From: an uncultured Pirellulales bacterium
GTDB taxonomy: Bacteria > Planctomycetota > Phycisphaerae > Sedimentisphaerales > Anaerobacaceae
Direction: 5' to 3'
DNA length: 39,074 nucleotides
Assembly: GCA_964585535.1 (NCBI GenBank)
Contig: CAZPDW010000001.1
Span: forward strand, 1 to 39,074
A program made the translations under genes and the position numbers. Numbering within the stretch: the first letter of the stretch is position 1; each line of letters starts with the position of its first letter. Positions 24,389-32,809 of the stretch are shown here, piece by piece. Below the pieces are notes generated by a model. The model saw nothing but the letters and a program-made list of their open reading frames with translations, did not search any database and was not told the DNA's origin.

Positions 24389-25672
24389 ATGTCGAGATAT
24401 GTGGAATACTACAGGCGAAAGGAATTTGACATTCCGCAGACGATGCAGGCGGTAATCGCAGCGGGGACGGGTTTTGAGAATTTGAGGGTGGCCGAGGTGC
24501 CGGTGCCGCAAATCGGCCCAGACCAGATTCTTGCGAGGGTCGATGCGGCGGGGGTGTGCACGAGTATTCTCAAGCTGATTGACCAGGGTCCGGAGCACAC
24601 GTATATCAACGGCTGGGATATGAAAAAGTGGCCTTTGATTCTGGGCGACGAGGGCTCGGTGACGCTTGTCAAAATCGGGGAGAATCTCAAAGGCAAATAT
24701 CGGCCTGGCGAGCGTTACGCGATTCAGCCGGCCGTCGGCGTCGGGCCGATTGTGCACCGCGAGCGATACAACAATAACGGCGAGGGTATGTACAAGTGCG
24801 GCGTGGGCTATTCGCTGCCGGGCCATCTCGCCCAGTACATTTGCATCCAGGAGGAGGTTCTGGCCGGCGGCTGTCTGCTGCCGCTTGGCGACGATGATTT
24901 GGCGTATTTTGCCGTGTCGATGGCGGAACCGATAAGCTGTGTCTATTCGGCCCAGCAGAGGAACTACCATTTGTTAAAGGACAGTCCATTTGCCGAACGC
25001 AGGGCGAATATGGGTTTTTTGCCGGGCGGGGTCACTGTTGTCGTCGGAGCAGGGGCAATGGGCAGGATGCACACAGAGCTTGCGCTGCGGTTCAAGCCGG
25101 GCGTGCTGATTGTATCGGATTTGCAGCAGGGCCGGCTCGATAAAACCGCAAAGGCCATCAAAGAAAAGTGCCGCTCGTGCGGGACGCAGCTTGTATGTGT
25201 AACGGCTGATAAGCTTAGGCAGAGTGTCAGCGAGCTGTCGGCCGGCAGGGGCGCAGACGATATTATATTAGCGGTGGGGGTCAATGCCGTTCAGCAGCAG
25301 GCGATCGAGCTGCTGGCGCCCGGCGGTGTGGCTAACCTGTTCGGCGGACTGCCGCGCGGACAGCATATCCTCAAGCTCGACGCGATAGCCGTTCACTACC
25401 GCGAAATCAAGGTTGTGGGTTCAAGCGGCGGCGAACCGAGTGATATGGCTGCAACGCTCGAGGCGATTCATACCGGCGACATCGACCCGGGTAATTATGT
25501 CGCCGCGGTCGGCTCACTCGATAATGCCGTCGACGTATTGAAAATGATAAAGGAAACGCAAATCGACGGCAAGGCGATTCTCTATCCCCACATCAAGCAC
25601 ACGCCACTGAAAACCGTTGACTACTGGGACAAACAGCAGGAGATCGATTTCCTCGACCGGCAGCTTGTTTAG
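24389..25672 (+). CDS. Atypical medium-chain dehydrogenase/reductase (zinc-ADH-like fold, long form of 427 aa)
   Basis: GroES-like N-domain (ILARVDAAGVCTSILK, LILGDEGSVTLVKIG) and Rossmann motif VVVGAGAMGRM. The canonical GHE reads GDE and no four-Cys structural-zinc lobe is seen. Confidence 0.7.
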   Translation: MSRYVEYYRRKEFDIPQTMQAVIAAGTGFENLRVAEVPVPQIGPDQILARVDAAGVCTSILKLIDQGPEHTYINGWDMKKWPLILGDEGSVTLVKIGENLKGKYRPGERYAIQPAVGVGPIVHRERYNNNGEGMYKCGVGYSLPGHLAQYICIQEEVLAGGCLLPLGDDDLAYFAVSMAEPISCVYSAQQRNYHLLKDSPFAERRANMGFLPGGVTVVVGAGAMGRMHTELALRFKPGVLIVSDLQQGRLDKTAKAIKEKCRSCGTQLVCVTADKLRQSVSELSAGRGADDIILAVGVNAVQQQAIELLAPGGVANLFGGLPRGQHILKLDAIAVHYREIKVVGSSGGEPSDMAATLEAIHTGDIDPGNYVAAVGSLDNAVDVLKMIKETQIDGKAILYPHIKHTPLKTVDYWDKQQEIDFLDRQLV

Positions 25673-25683
25673 TGATTTTGAGC

Positions 25684-27375
25684 TTACATATTTATGGTTA
25701 TTTCAGGGCCTCCGGTGTGCCTGATTTTGAGGACGCCGCCTTTGTCGAGCGGCTGCCACGTCCAGCCCTCGGCGTCGAGGTCGGCTCGTTCGGTTATCTT
25801 ATTGCCTGCAACAGTTATACTCTTCGGTTTGGCTGTGATGCGCAGGACTTCTGTCGCGGTGTTGTCGTAGGTTTTGTATGCAATCTCATTCAGTTTGTAG
25901 GAAATTTTTTGTACGACCGATGTCGAGCGCAGCAGGTGATTCTCGTCGGCGGGCGCCCATTCGGGAATTGCGGCGACGGCTGCGGTGAAGTGGCGGATAT
26001 AATCGCTGTAGCCGTCGCTGAACCAGATTTGTCTGCGAATAGGTTTTTGGCCGGTGACATATACCATTCCGTTTTCCTGGGTCATGTAGGTAGCCCAGTT
26101 GAGGTATTTCTCCGCCAGGTCTTTGAATTTACTGTCGCCGGTTCTCTCGTACCACATTGCGCATATCGAGCCGAACCTTGCGGTGTGGCTGCCCATGGGG
26201 ACATAGCACCAGAACTGCTCTTTTATGGCCGGGGCATTTTCGGTTTTGAAGGCGTATTTGACCCAATAGATAAGGTAGGGGATAAATTCGTCGATGTCGT
26301 CTCGCAGGTGGGGATTGTTGATGAGGTATCGTGCGGTTTCCAGCGGGGAGATTTGATTGCGATTGACGTTGCCCTGGTCGTTGGGAATATCCTCGAAGTA
26401 ACCCTTCCAGACCATAGACTTGACAGGGCCGAGATTCGAGAACAGCCAATCCCAGACATGCTTTCGGGTGGTCTTGTAGGTCTTGAGTTTTTCGGGGTCG
26501 AGGTCGATTCTGGCAGAAATTCTTATCAGCTCATCGAAGAGGCTTATCGCTCCGATTACGTTCGAGCAGTATTTTTCATAGACCTTGCCGGTCTCGGCAT
26601 GTACCCGGAAGGGCCAGGGTGAGACGTATGCCTTGTCGAACCATGGGGTCTGCTCGGCCCATTCTTTGTCCTTTTTCACGCCTCGAAAGGCGTTGGCGGC
26701 GAGGGCATCGGCGCAATTGATGGCGGCATCGAGGTATTTTTTTTCATCGACTACCTTATAGAACTGAAGGTATGCGAAAGCAAGCTCGCCGACTTTGTCC
26801 GGCTCGATGACATTGAGGCCGTCGGCTCTTCCACCTATACCCCAGCGTGTTCCGCCGACATATTCGGTTGCTTTGGGGTCGCTGCTGGCGTAGGGGACTT
26901 TGGGCCAGAGCCAGCCCTTGGGTGTGGAGCCGTGTTCGATTTGATGGTCGAGGCACTGGGCGAGCATGCCGATGTAGGAGTCGTCGCCGGAATAGACCCT
27001 GTAATCGAGGACGAGGCCCTGGACGAGGCCTGCGTAGAAGCAGGCGGGGTTGTGCGATTCATCGGAGCCGGCGTCGCCTTTGAGGAACGTTTCTTCGCTG
27101 ATATGCTCGAAGTTGAATATCCAGTTGTGTACCATGTAGTAGGGCAGGCCTGTCGTCGATTCTTTGGGGCAGTTTTTGATGAAGCCGGCGGCGAGGTCGC
27201 AGACTTTTGTGTAGGCGGCGCCGGGGACATCCGGCTTGTACCAGGAAAGCAGCCCAGCCGTGTCGTCGTACACTGCCTTGTGGGTACATAATGTTTCGCG
27301 CGTGGTTTCTGAAAACACCAGGGCGTTAGCAAACAGGAATACAAATATCACATAATACAGGTTCTTTCGCATCAT
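25684..27375 (-). CDS. Secreted protein, paralog A of an unassigned family (putative alpha/alpha-toroid glycan-active enzyme plus C-terminal beta-domain)
   Basis: Signal peptide MMRKNLYYVIFVFLFANALVFS. It shares long identical blocks with 30953-32629: HNPAC.YAGLVQGLVLD.RV..GDDSYI, VPYASSDP, IEPDK.GEL..AYL.FY.V..EKKYL.AAINCADALA, SPWPFRV.A.TG, YFEDIPND, WFSDGY.DYIRHF and STSVVQKI. The fold assignment is inferred from helical repeat patterns only. Confidence 0.75.
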   Translation of the reverse strand: MMRKNLYYVIFVFLFANALVFSETTRETLCTHKAVYDDTAGLLSWYKPDVPGAAYTKVCDLAAGFIKNCPKESTTGLPYYMVHNWIFNFEHISEETFLKGDAGSDESHNPACFYAGLVQGLVLDYRVYSGDDSYIGMLAQCLDHQIEHGSTPKGWLWPKVPYASSDPKATEYVGGTRWGIGGRADGLNVIEPDKVGELAFAYLQFYKVVDEKKYLDAAINCADALAANAFRGVKKDKEWAEQTPWFDKAYVSPWPFRVHAETGKVYEKYCSNVIGAISLFDELIRISARIDLDPEKLKTYKTTRKHVWDWLFSNLGPVKSMVWKGYFEDIPNDQGNVNRNQISPLETARYLINNPHLRDDIDEFIPYLIYWVKYAFKTENAPAIKEQFWCYVPMGSHTARFGSICAMWYERTGDSKFKDLAEKYLNWATYMTQENGMVYVTGQKPIRRQIWFSDGYSDYIRHFTAAVAAIPEWAPADENHLLRSTSVVQKISYKLNEIAYKTYDNTATEVLRITAKPKSITVAGNKITERADLDAEGWTWQPLDKGGVLKIRHTGGPEITINM

Positions 27376-27400
27376 AAGAGTTCCCTATTATCTGTTATTG

Positions 27401-29278
27401 TTAAATGCCCTTGCCTGTTACGGTCCGAACGACTGTTCCGCCTTCAAAAGGTGGAACCTTGATTAAGGCCGAGGTGATATTATCGTCTTGCCTTGTAAAA
27501 AGGTAAAAGCCGGTCGGCACATCCGCGCTGCCGACGAGCTCGGCTTCAACCGTTCCCGAAGACGCCTCGTAAGTGCAGGACTTCATCTTTGAAGTGCGAT
27601 GGGCACGGACAATCCTGAGGGCGTCGTCCATAGTGAGATAAATCGGGTTGTAATCTGCAATGCCTTCGCTGACAAGTTTCAGCTCTCTGTCCCAGTTCTT
27701 CGGCTCTATTCTGAAGAGGTAGTCCGTTTCGTGAGTGAAAAGCACCGCCAACGCCCTGGCATTGAGAGCCCTGGTAAGGATTCTGATGCCGCGGTCAGCC
27801 GTTCCATCGTCATCGTTGTCGGGCTTCCATTCGTAGCCGGTTATATCAGCAATCACAGTTGAGCAGTTAAAGAACTTGCGCCCCGCCAGCTCCACAAAGT
27901 CGGCGTTATATCTCGGATGCGAGACCCTGACTTTTTTGGGCTTTCCATAAACCGGTTCTTCATACAGGCGGAATGGGCCTGACTTGATTCCGGGTCCCGG
28001 CTGACCCCAGGCCCAGTCGAGGGGAGCTGCAGCGATGAACTCAATACGCCACTTATCTGCGATGTGCGGTATGCAATTGCTGCCCATTTCGCCCCAGTGC
28101 GCAATGAGATACTTCGACATCGGCAGCGGCTGATTGTCGGCGCACCATTTGTCAATGGCCTTCAGATTTTCCGATGCGACCTCATCGGGCCAGGACTCTT
28201 TGTCGTTATGATTGTAGAAGATGAACTCGTCGTAGAACTTCGAGCGGTACGGCAGCGCTTTGGGATAGTAGTAGTCGGGTATGAAATGGTTCGGGACCAT
28301 TTGATACTTGTAGTCGGCCTCGAAGTTGGCGGCGTCGGATTCCGGTCTGGGCGGTCTTCCGAAGGCGTGGGGCGACCAGGCTGCCTGTCCGTCCAGGATA
28401 TATCCCCGCAGCTCTTCGACCGCCTGAGGATTCAGGTTGTAAATGAACAGGGCGAGCCACGGCTTGAAACCATATTTGTTGGCGGTTTTAATCCAGAAAA
28501 ACGGAGTCTGGTTCCAGCGTCCGCCCGAGCCGACAACATCATCGATACGCATAGTCACTATCGGCGGCAGAAGCCGCATTGCGAATGGTTTTCTTGCCGC
28601 CCAGACGATTGACCGCCACAGCAAATCATCCAGCCCACCCATAGGCCCAAGCACCGAGCGGTACATCCAGTCCTGGCTGGTGAACTGCGCTACCCTGCCT
28701 TTTCCCGCTGAGGCAGCAACGAGCAGCGGGTAATTGCTGCCGCTCACCAGGACATCGGCATTGACAGCGGAAAATCGAGCAAGCTGCATTACGCCAAATA
28801 GTTCGAGTATCTCAACCGGTTTGTGAAGGGCGGTTATAAAATGGCCTGCCGGCGAGAACTTTAACTCGCCGACATCCACAGGGCGGGACTGTCGGCCCGA
28901 CTGATTCTTCAAAAAGGCGCCCGGAACATCGGGGTCAAAACTGACCAGGCCGGTACCTGCCTTTACACCTGCCGTCAACAGCTCATCGAGTTTGTCCTTC
29001 AGCCGGCTGTCACCGGCGGCTAAGCGGCTGTGGGAGACTATTACCAGGGCATAATAAACGACGGATGCGGGAAGATTTTGCCGGCCCAAATCCACCACGC
29101 TATATGGCACGCCAAAATGGTCGAGATAGGGCAAGAGCTTTTCCTTTGCCTTTGAAACTTGCGGGCTGTTAGTATTCAATAAGACGAGCACATCCATCGA
29201 GCCGGCCTTTGCAGAGGCGTTTGCAGCACCAATTAGTATCATTGATACTAACAGCAGTATAAAAGTTATTTTTTTCAC
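27401..29278 (-). CDS. Secreted 625-aa protein of unknown function (possible flavodoxin/GATase1-like N-domain plus polysaccharide-deacetylase-like middle domain)
   Basis: GTG start preceded by GGAGAAGGA. Signal peptide MKKITFILLLVSMILIGAANASA. The N-terminal VLVLLNTN...LPYLDHFGVPYSVVDL...YALVIVSH resembles sugar-enzyme accessory domains. IVTMRIDDVVG resembles the xRxDD start of NodB/DUF2334-like deacetylase folds. This is a weak call made by eye. Confidence 0.6.
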   Translation of the reverse strand: MKKITFILLLVSMILIGAANASAKAGSMDVLVLLNTNSPQVSKAKEKLLPYLDHFGVPYSVVDLGRQNLPASVVYYALVIVSHSRLAAGDSRLKDKLDELLTAGVKAGTGLVSFDPDVPGAFLKNQSGRQSRPVDVGELKFSPAGHFITALHKPVEILELFGVMQLARFSAVNADVLVSGSNYPLLVAASAGKGRVAQFTSQDWMYRSVLGPMGGLDDLLWRSIVWAARKPFAMRLLPPIVTMRIDDVVGSGGRWNQTPFFWIKTANKYGFKPWLALFIYNLNPQAVEELRGYILDGQAAWSPHAFGRPPRPESDAANFEADYKYQMVPNHFIPDYYYPKALPYRSKFYDEFIFYNHNDKESWPDEVASENLKAIDKWCADNQPLPMSKYLIAHWGEMGSNCIPHIADKWRIEFIAAAPLDWAWGQPGPGIKSGPFRLYEEPVYGKPKKVRVSHPRYNADFVELAGRKFFNCSTVIADITGYEWKPDNDDDGTADRGIRILTRALNARALAVLFTHETDYLFRIEPKNWDRELKLVSEGIADYNPIYLTMDDALRIVRAHRTSKMKSCTYEASSGTVEAELVGSADVPTGFYLFTRQDDNITSALIKVPPFEGGTVVRTVTGKGI

Positions 29279-29304
29279 TTTCCTTCTCCCGTAACCGGCT
29301 TTTT

Positions 29305-30930
29305 TTATAATCGAACAACAATCTCGTTACCGTGTGTATGCCTGATGCGCAGGATGCCGCCTTTTTTCAAGGGCTTCCAGGTCCAGCCCTCGGTATCCGG
29401 CGATTTGCTTTCGTCAATTTCTTTGCCCTTTAGTATTACGTTTTTGGGCTTCGAGGTGATGCGGAGGACCTCGGTGGAGGCATCATCAAAAGTCCTGTAT
29501 CGGATTTCGCTGGGGGAGTATTCGATTGTTTTTATAACGGAGGTAGTGTGGACAAGATGGTTGGCATTGTCCGGGGCGAGTTTTTCGGGCATTACCGCCA
29601 TTGCATTGAGGTAGTGCTCGACGTAGTCGCCGTAGCCGTCGGTGAACCAGATTTCATCGTCGTATGGGTCGCCGGGATACTCATTTCTGCCCTCGTAATC
29701 GACGCTGTATGTGGCCCAGTTGAGCTGGCGAACTGCGTTGGCGACGCGGGAGTCGTCACCGGTGAGTTTGGCATAGAGCAATTCGATTGAGGCGTAGCGT
29801 GAGGTGTGGCTGTTGCCTTCGTATTGATATACGGATTGTTCGTTGATGACGGTGACGCCGTATTTGTCCCAGCGGTGGTTGCCAAGCTCGTTGAACATCC
29901 AGTCGAGGCAGCGGCGGGCGTCTTTCTGCCAGGTGTCGCCCCACTGCTCTTTGTGATTAAGGATATACCAGGCGAGCCGGCCTGCGTTGATACCGGTATT
30001 GGACCAGATGGAGATATCCTCGAAGAACGGGCCGAACTTATTTTTGGAGATGGGAACCTTTTTCAGCCAATCGATGAACAGCCGTTCGGCCATTTTGTAT
30101 TGTTCGGTATTGCCGACGCACATTTTTATCAGCTCGTCGAACATCATTGCCGTCCAGGTCCAGTTGCTCGTATAAGGCCAGAGGACCCTGCCGGTTTGGG
30201 TGTTGACCTTGTAAGGCAGGGGGGATTTTTCGATGTCACCGGCGGCGGTATTTTTGGCGAGGGTGTCGGCGATTTTCACGGCGGCGTCGAGGTATCTTTT
30301 ATTGTCGGTGATTTTGTACAGGTTTATGAGCTGGTATCCGAGGTCGCCGGCCTTGTCCAATTGGGTGACATTGAGTCCGTCGCGGAGGTCACCGTCATAG
30401 CGAAAGCCGGGTTCCCGGCTCGAGTTCCAGGGGTAGGGCAGATTAGGCCATTTGCAATCCGGGCCGCTCAGCCCGTGGTAAAGATAAAAGTCGGCCATAT
30501 AAATCATATTTTCCGGCACCTTGCGGTCGCCGGTATAGGCGTAGTATTTTGCCCAGGAGCTTAGAAGCATCTGAATCTGGTCGCCGCCGATGCCGTCGTC
30601 ATGGTGATGATGTTTGAAGACGGGGTTGTCGAGGGTGTATGGGAGGATTCGGTGGAGCATATAGTATTTGACGCCGTCGTGGACGTAGCCGATGGTGTCC
30701 CATTTGTGCCAGATGAGCTGGAGAACGAGGTCGTAGGATTGGCCGAGGTTGTCGCCGGGCCAGGGGACGATATTGTTGTTTGGGTCGGTTTGAATATAGT
30801 GATGGCCGAGCCGTTCGGGATGGCCGAGCAGGCCGTTAGGGCGCTTTCTCGGCTCAACACGCTCGGCGGCGGAAACGGTTGAAAGCAAGAACAATGCGGC
30901 AGTCAGAGCACATGCAGTATATCTTTTCAT
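29305..30930 (-). CDS. Secreted protein, divergent paralog B of the same unassigned family
   Basis: The start is set at ATG 30930 (GGAG 6 nt upstream). Signal peptide MKRYTACALTAALFLLSTVSAA. It shares with A and C: DKAGDLGYQLINLYKITDNKRYLDAAVKIADTLA, SPLPYKVNTQTG, FFEDI, WFTDGYGDYVEHY, HTTSVIKTIEY and the C-terminal TEVLRITSKPK...EGWTWKPLKKGGILRIRH. Confidence 0.75.
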   Translation of the reverse strand: MKRYTACALTAALFLLSTVSAAERVEPRKRPNGLLGHPERLGHHYIQTDPNNNIVPWPGDNLGQSYDLVLQLIWHKWDTIGYVHDGVKYYMLHRILPYTLDNPVFKHHHHDDGIGGDQIQMLLSSWAKYYAYTGDRKVPENMIYMADFYLYHGLSGPDCKWPNLPYPWNSSREPGFRYDGDLRDGLNVTQLDKAGDLGYQLINLYKITDNKRYLDAAVKIADTLAKNTAAGDIEKSPLPYKVNTQTGRVLWPYTSNWTWTAMMFDELIKMCVGNTEQYKMAERLFIDWLKKVPISKNKFGPFFEDISIWSNTGINAGRLAWYILNHKEQWGDTWQKDARRCLDWMFNELGNHRWDKYGVTVINEQSVYQYEGNSHTSRYASIELLYAKLTGDDSRVANAVRQLNWATYSVDYEGRNEYPGDPYDDEIWFTDGYGDYVEHYLNAMAVMPEKLAPDNANHLVHTTSVIKTIEYSPSEIRYRTFDDASTEVLRITSKPKNVILKGKEIDESKSPDTEGWTWKPLKKGGILRIRHTHGNEIVVRL

Positions 30931-30952
30931 GACCGGCTCCATTTATGAATTG

Positions 30953-32629
30953 TCACATGGTAATGACAATTTCAGCAGCATTATCGTGTCTGATTCTGAG
31001 GACGCCGCCTTTGTCGAGCGGCTGGAAGGTGAAGCCCTCGGCGTTGAGGTTTTTGCGCTCGGTTATCTGCTTGCCGTTCACTTTGACGCTCTTTGGTTTG
31101 GCGGTTATCCGCAGCACTTCAGTTGATTCATCATCGTAGGTCTTGTACTCGATTCGAGCAGGTGAGTATTTGATTTTCTGAACGACTGATGTTGATTTGA
31201 GAAGGTGGTCTTTGCCGGCGGGCGCCCATTCGGGGACGGCGGCCAGGCCTTCGGCGAAGTGACGAATGTAATCACCGTAGCCGTCGGAGAACCACGAGCC
31301 GAGCCACGAAGGGCCTACTGCCACTACGCCGCTGTCGTAGGTCATATAGGAGGCGAAATTGAAGAAGCGATATGCCTGCTGTTTGAACCATTCGTCGTGA
31401 GTTCTTTCGTACCACAGTGCGCAGATTGAGGCGTAACGGGCGGTATGGCTACCCATCGGGGCGTAGCACCAGGTCTGCTCGTTGATTGCGTCGGCGCCTT
31501 TTTCGCCGAAGACACACTTTACCCAGTAAATCAGGGCCGGCACATCGGTTTCCAAATCGGGGTCAAGCCCGGGGTGTTTGATGAGGTAACGGGCGGTCTC
31601 CATCGGGGTAATCTGGATTCTGTTGGATGTCTCGGGGTCGTTCGGGATATCCTCGAAGTATGCGTTCCAGATGAAGGTTTTCATCGGGCCGTTTTTGCTG
31701 TAAAGCCATTTCCAGGCCAGGTCTCGGGCCTTTTTATACGCGCCGGCTTTTTCTTCGCTAAGGTTTATTCGCTTTTTGATGCGGCCCAGCTCATCGAACA
31801 GTGCGATGGGTTCAATGACGTTCGAGCAGTATTGAGAGATGACTACGCCTGTTCTGGCGTTGACGCGAAAAGGCCAGGGTGATTTCTCGGTATTGGCGGG
31901 AGAAAAAATCGAGGGCTCGCCGGTAACGTCGCGGACGTTTTTTGCGAGAGCATCGGCGCAGTTGATTGCGGCCTTGAGGTACTTTTTCTCTTCGGTAACT
32001 TCGTAGAACTTCAGATAGGCAATACCCAGCTCGCCGAGTTTGTCCGGCTCGATGCCGTGCAGGCCGTCGCCTCGCATCGCCTCGTGCTCCCACTTAGTGG
32101 CGCCAACATAGACGACTTCGCCGGGGTCGGAGCTGGCGTAAGGGACGTTGGGCCATTTCCAGTCGGGTTCAGTGCTGCCGAAGTCGATTTGGTGGTCGAG
32201 CATTTCGCGCACAACATCGATATACGAATCATCTCCGGTAAAAACACGCCAATCCAGAACCAGCCCCTGGACCAGGCCGGCATAGACGCAGGCAGGGTTG
32301 TGCATCCAGCCCCCTGCTGTCTTGCCGGCATCGAAGGCCTCCTGACTCTTGATATGCGGGCCATCAAAACAGCAGTAAAGCAGATACAATTTCTTGCCGG
32401 TCTTCGGGTCCGCGGGCGTACCCGACTTGATAAACTCCGAAGCCAGTTTGCAGACGTGGACATATCCTGCACCGGGGGTATCGGGCTTGTACCAGGACAG
32501 AATCTTTCCATCGGCGTCACGCCGGACTTTGTGTGAGCACATTACGCCTTTTTGCTGAGCGGTGACCTGGGCCGATATTTCTGTCGTAAGGATTGCGAGC
32601 AGCATTAGAGCTATGATTGCCGGCTTCAT
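30953..32629 (-). CDS. Secreted protein, paralog C of the same unassigned family
   Basis: The start is set at ATG 32629 (GGAGG 7 nt upstream). Signal peptide MKPAIIALMLLAILTTEISAQ. It aligns full-length by eye to paralog A. Confidence 0.75.
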   Translation of the reverse strand: MKPAIIALMLLAILTTEISAQVTAQQKGVMCSHKVRRDADGKILSWYKPDTPGAGYVHVCKLASEFIKSGTPADPKTGKKLYLLYCCFDGPHIKSQEAFDAGKTAGGWMHNPACVYAGLVQGLVLDWRVFTGDDSYIDVVREMLDHQIDFGSTEPDWKWPNVPYASSDPGEVVYVGATKWEHEAMRGDGLHGIEPDKLGELGIAYLKFYEVTEEKKYLKAAINCADALAKNVRDVTGEPSIFSPANTEKSPWPFRVNARTGVVISQYCSNVIEPIALFDELGRIKKRINLSEEKAGAYKKARDLAWKWLYSKNGPMKTFIWNAYFEDIPNDPETSNRIQITPMETARYLIKHPGLDPDLETDVPALIYWVKCVFGEKGADAINEQTWCYAPMGSHTARYASICALWYERTHDEWFKQQAYRFFNFASYMTYDSGVVAVGPSWLGSWFSDGYGDYIRHFAEGLAAVPEWAPAGKDHLLKSTSVVQKIKYSPARIEYKTYDDESTEVLRITAKPKSVKVNGKQITERKNLNAEGFTFQPLDKGGVLRIRHDNAAEIVITM

Positions 32630-32697
32630 CTTAGTGCCTCCATAAAGTATTGTCACTGTCCCGTTGTGAGTGTTTTTACACGTCGGGGCCTGAAAAA

Positions 32698-32745
32698 AAT
32701 GTTATTAAAAAACACACTTGAACATAATCTAACATCCTTTATAAT
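32698..32745 (+). promoter_or_regulatory. 48-bp promoter/operator module, copy 2 (reads toward the isomerase-kinase-transporter operon)
   Basis: AATGTTATTAAAAAACACACTTGAACATAATCTAACATCCTTTATAAT, with TTGAAC at 32718-32723, a 16-nt spacer and TATAAT at 32740-32745. It is 43/48 identical to the reverse complement of 22603-22650. Confidence 0.65.
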
Positions 32746-32809
32746 GCCCTGCAACTATGTTTTCCACAAAAAAACCGGAATCGAAAAGAACCGTTAAGGG
32801 AGACGCACA

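Noticed and set aside
25672-26622. 316-aa ORF on the + strand (likewise 26932-27291, 28064-28612, 29806-30564, 31445-31882 and 32057-32536)
   Set aside because: These are antisense shadows of the secreted-protein operon. They are Gly/Val/Asp/Arg-rich with no signal or motifs. The opposite-strand genes are supported by paralogy, RBSs and signal peptides.
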